A stretch of DNA of 54,923 nucleotides, taken from positions 1 to 54,923 of the forward strand of contig CAMYKF010000406.1 of assembly GCA_947258905.1 (NCBI GenBank). Direction: 5' to 3'. The position numbers and the translations under genes were made by a program. The DNA is from an uncultured Pirellulaceae bacterium. GTDB taxonomy: Bacteria > Planctomycetota > Planctomycetia > Pirellulales > Pirellulaceae. Under the pieces are notes generated by a model. It did not search any database, was not told the origin of the DNA, and worked only from the letters and a program-made list of their open reading frames with translations. This document shows, one piece after another, positions 27,777 through 36,054 of the stretch. The first letter of the stretch is position 1. Each line of letters opens with the position of its first letter.

Positions 27777-29231
27777 ATGGATAAGAAACTGCTCCGGTTG
27801 AAAACACGCCGCCATTTCTTCCATGACTGTGGAGTGGGTGTTGGCAAGATCGCGCTGGCCTCGTTACTGGCGGGCGGAATGGGCACGCTTCCGGCATCCC
27901 GCAATTCCGGGGTGGTGCAAGATCCAACAACGCCGCAGAGTCCGCATTTCGCGCCCTCGGCGAAACGTGTGATTTACCTGTTTATGGCCGGGGCACCCAG
28001 CCAGCTGGACCTGTTCGATTACAAGCCGAAGCTTGAGGAGCTGGAAGGCCAGCCGATTCCCCCGTCAGTGATCGCCGGGCAGCGTTACGCCTTTATTCAG
28101 CCAGATGCAGCGATTCTGGGGCCGCGTTTCAAGTTCGCCAAACACGGCCAGTGCGGCGCCGAGCTTTCCGAGCGACTTCCCCACCTGGCAAAAGTCGTTG
28201 ATGAGATTGCGATTGTCAGATCCTGCAAAACAGATTTGTTCAATCACGCACCTGCCCAGCTTCTGTTCAATACGGGATTCCAGCTTCCCGGCCGTCCCAG
28301 CATGGGGTCGTGGCTGAGTTACGGTCTGGGAAGCGAAGCGAACGACTTGCCTTCGTTTGTCGTTTTGAAAAGCGGCGATAGCCTCAGTGGTGGCGCCGCG
28401 ATGTGGAGTTCCGGGTTCCTGCCCGGTTCGCATCAAGGCGTTCCCTTCCGGTCCTCGGGAGACCCCATTCTGCACGTGGCTAATCCCAAAGGATACGACG
28501 ACCGGGCGCAACGTGACTCGATTGACTTGATTCGAAGCCTCAATCAACAGCGTTGGGGCGTGGTTGCCGATCCTGAAATCGAAACTCGTATCAGCGCCTA
28601 CGAAATGGCTTTTCGCATGCAGTCGCGTGCGCCAGAGTTGATGGACCTCGGGAGCGAAACGAAACAAACCCTTGATTTGTACGGTGCCGAGCCGGGTGAT
28701 GATCAAAAACTGTTTGCCAACAACTGCCTGCTGGCGCGCCGCCTGGCCGAGCGGGGCGTGCGATTTATTCAGATCTATCACGCTGGCTGGGACCATCACA
28801 CCCAGGTCGAAGCGGGTTTGAACAAACAGTGCGAGGCCACCGACCAGGCTTGTGCGGCACTGATCACTGACCTCCAGCAGCGCGGACTGCTGGATGACAC
28901 GCTCGTCGTTTGGGGAGGCGAATTTGGTCGCACCCCGATGGTCGAAGCCAGCGCTGCCCTGGGACGCAGCCTGGGTCGCGACCATCACCCACAGGCGTTT
29001 ACGATGTGGTTTGCCGGCGGCGGCATCAAGAAAGGCATAACGATTGGCAAGACGGATGAACTTGGCTTTCACATCGTCGAGCGGCCGATTCACGTTCACG
29101 ATATACAAGCCACGATCCTGCACTGCATGGGGCTCGACCACAATCGCCTGTCCGTCAACTTCCGCGGGCTGAACGTCAAACTGACCGGCGTGGAGGAGCA
29201 CCACGTGATCGAGGAGTTGCTGGACAGTTAA
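27777..29231 (+). CDS. DUF1501 (sulfatase-like fold) protein with Tat-type signal
   Basis: TRRHFFHDCGVGVGKIALASLLA twin-Arg leader. Starts 6 nt downstream of the PSCyt gene, the canonical pairing. Confidence 0.9.
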   Translation: MDKKLLRLKTRRHFFHDCGVGVGKIALASLLAGGMGTLPASRNSGVVQDPTTPQSPHFAPSAKRVIYLFMAGAPSQLDLFDYKPKLEELEGQPIPPSVIAGQRYAFIQPDAAILGPRFKFAKHGQCGAELSERLPHLAKVVDEIAIVRSCKTDLFNHAPAQLLFNTGFQLPGRPSMGSWLSYGLGSEANDLPSFVVLKSGDSLSGGAAMWSSGFLPGSHQGVPFRSSGDPILHVANPKGYDDRAQRDSIDLIRSLNQQRWGVVADPEIETRISAYEMAFRMQSRAPELMDLGSETKQTLDLYGAEPGDDQKLFANNCLLARRLAERGVRFIQIYHAGWDHHTQVEAGLNKQCEATDQACAALITDLQQRGLLDDTLVVWGGEFGRTPMVEASAALGRSLGRDHHPQAFTMWFAGGGIKKGITIGKTDELGFHIVERPIHVHDIQATILHCMGLDHNRLSVNFRGLNVKLTGVEEHHVIEELLDS

Positions 29232-29258
29232 GGCAGGTGGAAGCCCGCCCCACGTGGC

Positions 29259-29861
29259 CTAATCGGCGATCAGGGCCATGAATTCGGCGCGGGTGGACTG
29301 ACTGGTCTTGAACAGACCACGCAGGGCACTGGTCACCGTTTTGCTGCCCGGCTTTTTAATGCCGCGAATTGACATGCAGGAATGCTCGGCACTCACGACC
29401 ACGGCCACGCCGGTCGTGTTCAGGTGCCCGCTGATCAAGTCCGCAACCTGCTGCGTCATGCGTTCCTGGACCTGGGGCCGACGGGCAATTTCCTCGACGA
29501 CCCGGGCAATCTTGCTGAGTCCCGTGACCTTTCCGTTGGGGATGTAGGCCACGTGAGCCACACCGCTGAAGGGCAACAAATGATGCTCGCACATGCTGGT
29601 AAAGGGGATGTCCCGAATCAGCACCATCTCGTCGTACGTTTCGGGAAACACGACTTCAAGGTGCCGGGCCGGATCGACATGCAGGCCGGCAAACATTTCC
29701 ATGTACATCTCGGCCACCCGCCGTGGTGTATCCTGCAGTCCGGGCCGATCGGGATCTTCGCCAACGGCTGACAGAATGGTGCGAACCGCATCCTTGATGG
29801 CGGCCAGATCGACCAGCTTTTCCAGTTCTTCGGTGTCGATGTTCTTTTGTCGGGGACTCAC
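29259..29861 (-). CDS. folE: GTP cyclohydrolase I
   Basis: CEHHLLPF and [11 protein letters not shown] motifs. GTG start at 29859-29861. Confidence 0.9.
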   Translation of the reverse strand: MSPRQKNIDTEELEKLVDLAAIKDAVRTILSAVGEDPDRPGLQDTPRRVAEMYMEMFAGLHVDPARHLEVVFPETYDEMVLIRDIPFTSMCEHHLLPFSGVAHVAYIPNGKVTGLSKIARVVEEIARRPQVQERMTQQVADLISGHLNTTGVAVVVSAEHSCMSIRGIKKPGSKTVTSALRGLFKTSQSTRAEFMALIAD

Positions 29862-29991
29862 GAATTTCGCTTCTTGGCAACGAGGATAATTGAGTTATTT
29901 CCAGAGCGATCATAACCGAATAAAGCGTCCGGGGATAACGGTGCATCTTCGGCGAGGACCTGCGCACACGAATTTGCGAGGGCGGGGAAGC

Positions 29992-30059
29992 ACAATAGCC
30001 CGAAGCGCCAGTGATGGAGCAGAGTGCCCACCCGCCTCGCTGGCGCTTCGGGCTATTGT
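29992..30059. repeat. Perfect 20-bp inverted repeat with 28-nt loop
   Basis: ACAATAGCCCGAAGCGCCAG (29992-30011) pairs with CTGGCGCTTCGGGCTATTGT (30040-30059). Lies 12 nt downstream of the methyltransferase stop. No U-tract follows. Confidence 0.85.
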
Positions 30060-30070
30060 TGTCCGCGATA

Positions 30071-31009
30071 TCATCGGCTCGGACGGAAATTGCGCGGCCA
30101 GAACACGCCGTCGCGATAACCCTGAATCGACTGGTCTTCCGCCGCCAGTTCCAGCCGGCGGAGCCCCAGCAGCGCATACTCCAGCTCCTGCTCGATGCCC
30201 AGGTAACGCCGCCCAAGTTTTTTGGCGACGACACAACTGGTGCCGCTGCCAACAAATGGATCAAGAACGAAGTCGCCTGCATTTGTACTGGCAAGGATCA
30301 ATCGGGCCAGCAGCTTTTCACTTTTTTGCGTGGGATGGTCGGTGTTCTCGGGCATCGACCAGAAGGGCACTGAGATATCAGTCCACAAATTGGATGGATG
30401 CGTGTCGCGATAGTTCCCGTCACCCTGTTCCTGCCAGTCTTTCGGCGAGCGGTCCGCGTTGCGATATGGCGCGATGACCGGCCGCCGTAGTTTCACATCG
30501 CCTACGTTGAAACAGTAATCGTCACTGACCGTGCAGAACCAGATGTCCTCGCTGTTAGTCTTCCAGTTGGTCTTCGCGCCGCGGCCCTTTTCGCGTTCCC
30601 AGGTAATGCGGTTGCGAACGATGAAGTGTTTTTCGGCCACCGCAAAAATGGACTGGCTGGTCAGCCAGTCGCCGCAGATGTAAACCGTTGCCGAAGGCTT
30701 GAGCAGCGGCAAAAACGCCACTACGAACTCGTCGAGCCAGGCTGTGTAGTCAGCGGTTGAGCGTTTGGAGTACGTCTGATTGCCAAACGATTTGGCGAGG
30801 TTGTAAGGCGGATCGAGAAACAGCAAGTCGACGCGCCTGCGGGGCAGGGCAGCTGCCCAGTCGCGGCAGTCGCCACAGGCAATCCCGGTGGGAGGCGCAG
30901 TGAATGGACCAGCTCGCTGCAGCAACTGCGGCTGCAGTCGCTGCCGATCTTCATCGGTCAGCTGCAAAGTACGATTGCGTGGCGCGCGAGGTTTGGGAAC
31001 GGAAGCCAT
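30071..31009 (-). CDS. beta-class DNA methyltransferase (N6-adenine or N4-cytosine)
   Basis: Catalytic DPPY (LLFLDPPYNL) precedes the AdoMet motif FVLDPFVGSGTS, which is the beta-class order. Confidence 0.85.
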   Translation of the reverse strand: MASVPKPRAPRNRTLQLTDEDRQRLQPQLLQRAGPFTAPPTGIACGDCRDWAAALPRRRVDLLFLDPPYNLAKSFGNQTYSKRSTADYTAWLDEFVVAFLPLLKPSATVYICGDWLTSQSIFAVAEKHFIVRNRITWEREKGRGAKTNWKTNSEDIWFCTVSDDYCFNVGDVKLRRPVIAPYRNADRSPKDWQEQGDGNYRDTHPSNLWTDISVPFWSMPENTDHPTQKSEKLLARLILASTNAGDFVLDPFVGSGTSCVVAKKLGRRYLGIEQELEYALLGLRRLELAAEDQSIQGYRDGVFWPRNFRPSR

Positions 31010-31065
31010 GAGGCCATTATCGTGGCTTCAAACCCCGGGAGAAGGTGGGTTCTCATCCGGCCTGC

Positions 31066-31101
31066 TCCCGGCGCGCCGGGATTCTCCCCCACGGGGGAGA
31101 A
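31066..31101. repeat. Two adjacent GC-rich palindromes; possible terminator or REP-like element downstream of the BNR gene
   Basis: TCCCGGCGCGCCGGGA at 31066-31081 is a perfect 16-bp palindrome. TTCTCCCC-cacg-GGGGAGAA lies at 31082-31101. No U-tract on either strand. Confidence 0.6.
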
Positions 31102-31118
31102 GGAGCTTGTTGACACCG

Positions 31119-34100
31119 TTAGTCCCGGTCGGGAATGATGCCGGGATCCGGCAAGGCGCGGCCGCTGGTCCAGGGGACACCGGCATCGTCCAGAGCCGAC
31201 TTGAGGGCCTCGAAGTCGTCTTCCAGCACGCTGCGCACGTCGCTCTGGACTTCGGCGAACTCGGCACTGGCGATCTCAAATTGCTGGCGACTGGTGCCAG
31301 TGGGACCGTGCGAATGTCCGAAAGTGCCGAACAAGGCGTTGCTGATGCGGCTGGAAATGGACGGGAACGAGTTTTCGTTACGCTCGCCGCGACTCGGATC
31401 ACCGGCCAGTTTCTCACGCGCCTCAATCAATTTCAACTCTACTTCGCGGGCCTGATCCAGCAATTCGATCGGTGCCCGGCCATCGGTGATCAGGCTCTTT
31501 ATTTCCTCGACCGATTCGGTGGCATCGCCAATCGTCGACAACATGGCGGTCACCGCCTGTCGTAACGCGGCAACTTCAAACTGGTAGTCCAGAACTTCCT
31601 GGCGATCGGCAGCGCCGAGGGTCGGTTCGAGGATGGCCAGAACCTCGAATTCAACGGGTTCGCCGATTTGCGTGGTCTCGTCGCCAATGCGTTTCCACGC
31701 AGAAACCGAATACGTGCCGGGCACGACCGGGGGACCACCCCCGCCTCCACGAAAACGACCGCCACCACCTGCTGAGAGGGGTGCGTAGCGCAGATTCCAG
31801 GTCGCTCGATGCAGGCCTTTGGATGCTGACGCGTTCATGCGGTCAACGACATTACCGTCGGCATCGGTGATTTGGAAAATGACGACCGGATCGTCCTCGA
31901 TGCTTTCTTCACGCAATGCATCCCAGCCGGGGTACGGATTGTCCTCGCCGGCCTTTTTGTTTTTCGATTCGCGTTCCTTGCGTTGTTGCTCTTTGGACTT
32001 CAGCGATTCGGCAAGGTAATAGGTAAACGTGGCTCCATAGGGAGGATTCTCGGCGACGAAGTAGCTATCGCCTTGCGAGCCGCGTTGACCGCCCAGTTTG
32101 TCTTCGGGGTTGTACAGCCACGCGGTCTTGATCGGGAACATGTGGAAGTCACCTTCCGGCACGCCTTCGGTCATGTCACGCAGCGGTGTGTAATCGTCGA
32201 GCACGTAGAAGCCGCGACCGAACGTGGCCGCCACGACGTCGTTCTCGCGACGCTGAATCTCGATATCACGGACCGGGATGCAGGGGACGCCGCCCATCTT
32301 GACCCAGTTTTCGCCACCGTTGACTGACGTAAACAAACCGTACTCGGTACCTAAAAACAGCAGATTGGGTTCTTCATGATCCTGGTTGATTCGCCACACG
32401 AGATGGCGATCGGGCAGGTCGCCCACAAGGCTGGTCCACGTGCGACCGCGATCGGTACTCTTGACCAGATACGGCGAGTAGTCACCGGTCTTGTGATCAT
32501 CGATGCAGGCGTACACGGTGTCGGCATCGAACCGATCAGCCTTGATGTCGTTGACAAAGAAGTATTCGGGGATGCCGTAGATCTGATCGATTTTGCGCCA
32601 TGTCTCTCCGCCATCCTCAGTGACCTGAATCAGTCCGTCGTCGGTGCCCACGTAAATCAGGCCTTCCTCGACCGGCGATTCGGAAATCGAAGTGACGTTT
32701 CCAAACTGGCTCATGGCCAGCAAATCCCAGGTCGCGTCGATACTCCACACGCGATCCATCATCTTCATCTTGAATCGATCCATTCCGCGGGACAGATCGG
32801 GGCTGACGGCCGTCCAGTTATCTCCGCGATCGTCACTGCGATGCAGCTTTCGCGAACCGAAATACAAACGCGTGTTGGAGTGCGGGCTGATGTGAATCGG
32901 CGCGTCCCAGTTGAACCGCAGATTCTCCTCACCCTGTTCCGGCTGCGGCCGAATGGATACCGATTCACCTGTTTTGCGATCGAAACGCTGCAGGAATCCC
33001 TGTTGCGATTCGCAGTAAATGATGTTGGGGTCTTCCGGGTCAATCGCACAGTCGTGGCCGTCGCCACCGATCGTAATCCGCCAGTCACGGTTGCTGATAC
33101 CATTGCGACTGAGTGTGCGTGACGGTCCGTACTGCGAGTTGTTGTCCTGCGTACCGCCGACCACGTGATACACGGGCCAGTCGTAATCCACGTCGACCTT
33201 GTAGAACTGGGTCAGAGGCAGGTTTTCGGTGAAGTCATACGTCTCGCCGTAATCGTACGAGCGATAGACACCGCCATCGCAACCGACCAGCAGGAAAGCC
33301 GGGTCGGTGGGGTGAAACGCCACGGCGTGATTGTCGACATGCTTGTTTCTATTGCCGACACCCTCAAAGTTCTTGCCGCCATCTTCGGTGCGACCCAGCA
33401 CGACGTTGGCGTGATAGACCACGTCAAAACGATGCGGGTCGGCGTAGATTTCCTGGTAGTAGTGCGGGCCGGTTCCGCCAGAGACGTAATCGCTTTGTTT
33501 GGTCCAGCTGGCACCATGGTCCTCGGAGCGGTAAAAGCCGCCTTCGCGACCGGGCAACTCGATGCCGGCGTAAACGACATTGGACTTTTGCGGCGAGATG
33601 GCCAGCCCAATCTTGCCCTTGTCGCCGCCAGGCAATCCCGAAGTCAGTTCGGTCCAGGTTTCACCACCGTCGGTCGTTTTATGGATACCGGATTCGGGCC
33701 CGCCGTTCAACAGGGCGGCCACGGTGCGGTGCCGCTGGTGCAGGGCCGCGTACAGCACATCGGGATTCCCGGGATCCATCACCAGATCGGTACAGCCGGT
33801 CCAGGGACCCTTGGCCAGAATCTGTTCCCACGTCTCGCCGCCATCTGTGGACTTGTAAACACCACGCTGACCGCCGTCGCTCCACAGGGGACCCTGCGAT
33901 GCGACATAAATGACATGCGGATCGTCCGGATGCACGACGATTTTGGAAAGGTGTTCGGATTCCTTGAGTCCCTTGTTTGTGAAAGACTTGCCGCCGTCAT
34001 GGCTGACGTAGATGCCGTCGCCAAAACCAATGTGACGGCCGCCTACGTTTTCGCCCGTACCGACCCAGATCGTATTCGAGTTACCGGGGTCGATCGTGAC

Positions 34101-34439
34101 GCAGCCCAGCGAGTACGAACCGTAGTTATCAAAGATGGGCCTCCATGTCGTGCCGGCGTTGACGGTTTTCCAAAGTCCACCGGAGGCGACGGCTACGTAC
34201 CACGTGTTGGGCTGGTTTGGGTCGATCGCCAGATCGGCGATGCGGCCGGACATCAGGGCCGGTCCGATGCTGCGGAACTTGAGCGCGGAGATGGTTCCGG
34301 CCTCGATCGGAGATTCGTTGTTTTTCTCTTCACTGGTCTGCTGGTTGTCGCTGGTTTCGGCGTCCTGGGCAAACAGGCTGTTGCCGCCGGGGAAGAGCAG
34401 GGTGATACAAAGCACGATCAGGGGAAGTGTACGGGTCAT
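31119..34439 (-). CDS. secreted BNR/Asp-box repeat protein (sortilin/VPS10-like beta-propeller glycosyl-hydrolase-like family)
   Basis: Signal peptide after ATG 34439. Repeated Asp-boxes SHDGGKSF, STDGGETW, TTDGGETW, SEDHGASW, TEDGGETW and STDRGRTW. Confidence 0.85.
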   Translation of the reverse strand: MTRTLPLIVLCITLLFPGGNSLFAQDAETSDNQQTSEEKNNESPIEAGTISALKFRSIGPALMSGRIADLAIDPNQPNTWYVAVASGGLWKTVNAGTTWRPIFDNYGSYSLGCVTIDPGNSNTIWVGTGENVGGRHIGFGDGIYVSHDGGKSFTNKGLKESEHLSKIVVHPDDPHVIYVASQGPLWSDGGQRGVYKSTDGGETWEQILAKGPWTGCTDLVMDPGNPDVLYAALHQRHRTVAALLNGGPESGIHKTTDGGETWTELTSGLPGGDKGKIGLAISPQKSNVVYAGIELPGREGGFYRSEDHGASWTKQSDYVSGGTGPHYYQEIYADPHRFDVVYHANVVLGRTEDGGKNFEGVGNRNKHVDNHAVAFHPTDPAFLLVGCDGGVYRSYDYGETYDFTENLPLTQFYKVDVDYDWPVYHVVGGTQDNNSQYGPSRTLSRNGISNRDWRITIGGDGHDCAIDPEDPNIIYCESQQGFLQRFDRKTGESVSIRPQPEQGEENLRFNWDAPIHISPHSNTRLYFGSRKLHRSDDRGDNWTAVSPDLSRGMDRFKMKMMDRVWSIDATWDLLAMSQFGNVTSISESPVEEGLIYVGTDDGLIQVTEDGGETWRKIDQIYGIPEYFFVNDIKADRFDADTVYACIDDHKTGDYSPYLVKSTDRGRTWTSLVGDLPDRHLVWRINQDHEEPNLLFLGTEYGLFTSVNGGENWVKMGGVPCIPVRDIEIQRRENDVVAATFGRGFYVLDDYTPLRDMTEGVPEGDFHMFPIKTAWLYNPEDKLGGQRGSQGDSYFVAENPPYGATFTYYLAESLKSKEQQRKERESKNKKAGEDNPYPGWDALREESIEDDPVVIFQITDADGNVVDRMNASASKGLHRATWNLRYAPLSAGGGGRFRGGGGGPPVVPGTYSVSAWKRIGDETTQIGEPVEFEVLAILEPTLGAADRQEVLDYQFEVAALRQAVTAMLSTIGDATESVEEIKSLITDGRAPIELLDQAREVELKLIEAREKLAGDPSRGERNENSFPSISSRISNALFGTFGHSHGPTGTSRQQFEIASAEFAEVQSDVRSVLEDDFEALKSALDDAGVPWTSGRALPDPGIIPDRD

Positions 34440-34666
34440 CGATGATTCCTGTGCGTCGTAGTAGAGTGTTTGCAAAGCGAAGCCGTCGTATCCGACCATT
34501 GTGGCTGGGCCAGCCAGCCTTGTCCATTTTTAGATGCTTGTGATCTCACACAAGGTTTTCTTGCGTTTTTTTCGGCCGCACCATCGTTTCAGACGAACCC
34601 GCGGGCGGCTCCCTCGTCTGGTCGAGGGACACATTTGACCCGACTGATCTGACCGCGTCTGTTGCC

Positions 34667-35890
34667 ATGTTTTCACGCATTTGGGAAAGCTACCGACAGG
34701 CCTATGGCGCGGTGCCCCGCAATGTGTGGCTGGTTTCGGTGGCCTTGCTGGTGGCACGCACGGGGACGATGGTAATCCCGTTTCTGCCGATATATTTTGT
34801 TCAGGAACTGGGGTTCCGCCCGCTGGTCATCGGATGGCTGCTGGCCGTTTATGGCCTGGGCAGTGTGATTGCCAGTGCGTTGGGTGGCTGGTTGACACAG
34901 CGAATTGGCGCGATCCCCACGCAGATCACTGGTCTGGCCCTGAGCGTGCCCGGTTTTTTATTGCTGGGGCAGGCCAACAGTTTCTGGACCGCGTGGTGGA
35001 GTCTGTTTTTTCTCAGTCTGGCGATCGAAGGCCAGCGGCCGGCCGCTTCGACGGCCACCGTCGATTTTTGCGATTCGGAAGACCAGCACACGCGGGCCCT
35101 GGCCGTGAATCGGCTGGCGGTCAATCTGGGAATCACGATTGGGCCGGCCGTGGGAGGATGGCTGGCCATTATCAATTACGACCTGTTGTTCTATGTCAAC
35201 GCGGCGACGATGGCGGCCAGCATGTTGCTGTTGCTGTTCTTTTTTGGCTGGAAGATCCAGCCGGCCGCGACGGAAAAACAGCAGATCGAAGAAGCGGGTT
35301 CGCCGTGGACAGATCGGCGATTCGTTGTCTTCTGCATATTAAATGCCATCGGGTCGTTGCTGTTTTTTCAAATCATGGGGACTTATCCACTGTATTTGAA
35401 ACAGTATTTTTATCTGGACGAACGCTACATCGGCATTCTGTTTACTGTGAACACAGTAGTGATTGTGTTGTTCGAGCTGGTGCTGGTGAACGAAGTAAGA
35501 CGTTTTCCTCTGCTACGCACATTTGCGTGGGGGACGTTGCTGGGTTCGCTGGGATTTGGGTTGCTGCCCCTGGGTGTCGGCTTGTCGTTTGCGGCGGGCT
35601 ACGCGTTTGTCATTGGGACCGTTCTCATCTGGACGGCAGGTGAGATGTTGTCGATGCCGCTGGGTCCGGCTTATGCAGCGCGCCGTTCGACGCCTGCCAA
35701 TCGCGGTCGGTACATGGGGATGTATGTGATGTCGTTTTCCGTGGCCATCCTGATTGCACCGCTGGGCGGCATGTGGCTTTACGAGCAGAATCCTCATTTG
35801 CTGTGGTTCATCGGATTGATTATTGGTGCGGCTGTGTTTTTTGGATTTCTGTTGCTGGCTGACCGTGAGGAGGGGCCGGGGCAGCAATAA
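34667..35890 (+). CDS. MFS transporter
   Basis: 407-aa ORF with about 12 hydrophobic segments. The overlapping 34681..35643 frame is Arg/Gly-rich shadow sequence. Confidence 0.85.
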   Translation: MFSRIWESYRQAYGAVPRNVWLVSVALLVARTGTMVIPFLPIYFVQELGFRPLVIGWLLAVYGLGSVIASALGGWLTQRIGAIPTQITGLALSVPGFLLLGQANSFWTAWWSLFFLSLAIEGQRPAASTATVDFCDSEDQHTRALAVNRLAVNLGITIGPAVGGWLAIINYDLLFYVNAATMAASMLLLLFFFGWKIQPAATEKQQIEEAGSPWTDRRFVVFCILNAIGSLLFFQIMGTYPLYLKQYFYLDERYIGILFTVNTVVIVLFELVLVNEVRRFPLLRTFAWGTLLGSLGFGLLPLGVGLSFAAGYAFVIGTVLIWTAGEMLSMPLGPAYAARRSTPANRGRYMGMYVMSFSVAILIAPLGGMWLYEQNPHLLWFIGLIIGAAVFFGFLLLADREEGPGQQ

Positions 35891-35992
35891 TTCTCAGTCT
35901 TGAGGCGGGTTAAACGCAAGGTTCGCAAAAAGACGCAGAGCTTCTGAACAGCAGGAATCGATCCCCCGATCCACTTGCCTGGTGGGGATTCG

Positions 35993-36040
35993 CCCTCCCC
36001 GCGTCCCGATGAATCGGGAAGCGACCCTCCCCCAGGAGGG
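35993..36040. repeat. GC-rich hairpin pair of the CCCTCC/GGAGGG type
   Basis: TCCCGAT/ATCGGGA at 36004-36019 and CCCTCC-ccca-GGAGGG at 36025-36040. Lies in a convergent gap. Confidence 0.55.
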
Positions 36041-36054
36041 TGAGTGCATCCTGG

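Noticed and set aside
28065-29204. Long antisense or alternative-frame ORFs (28065..29204, 45719..46981, 33165..34445, 7733..8653, 34681..35643, 42415..43068 and many shorter ones)
   Set aside because: Each lies opposite or out of frame to a gene with clear family motifs. They are Arg/Gly/Ala/Pro-rich with no recognisable motif, as expected for shadow ORFs in GC-rich DNA.
29259-31009. folE plus DNA methyltransferase as a 7-deazaguanine (Dpd-like) DNA-modification or restriction cluster
   Set aside because: No queC/queD/queE, dpdA-like transglycosylase, helicase or nuclease genes are present. The folE adjacency alone is insufficient.
34537-34555. CRP-like half-sites TGTGA..TCACA in the BNR/MFS divergent gap
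   Set aside because: The spacing is 2 nt rather than the 6 nt of CRP/FNR sites, and the flanks are imperfect. It is probably a chance palindrome.
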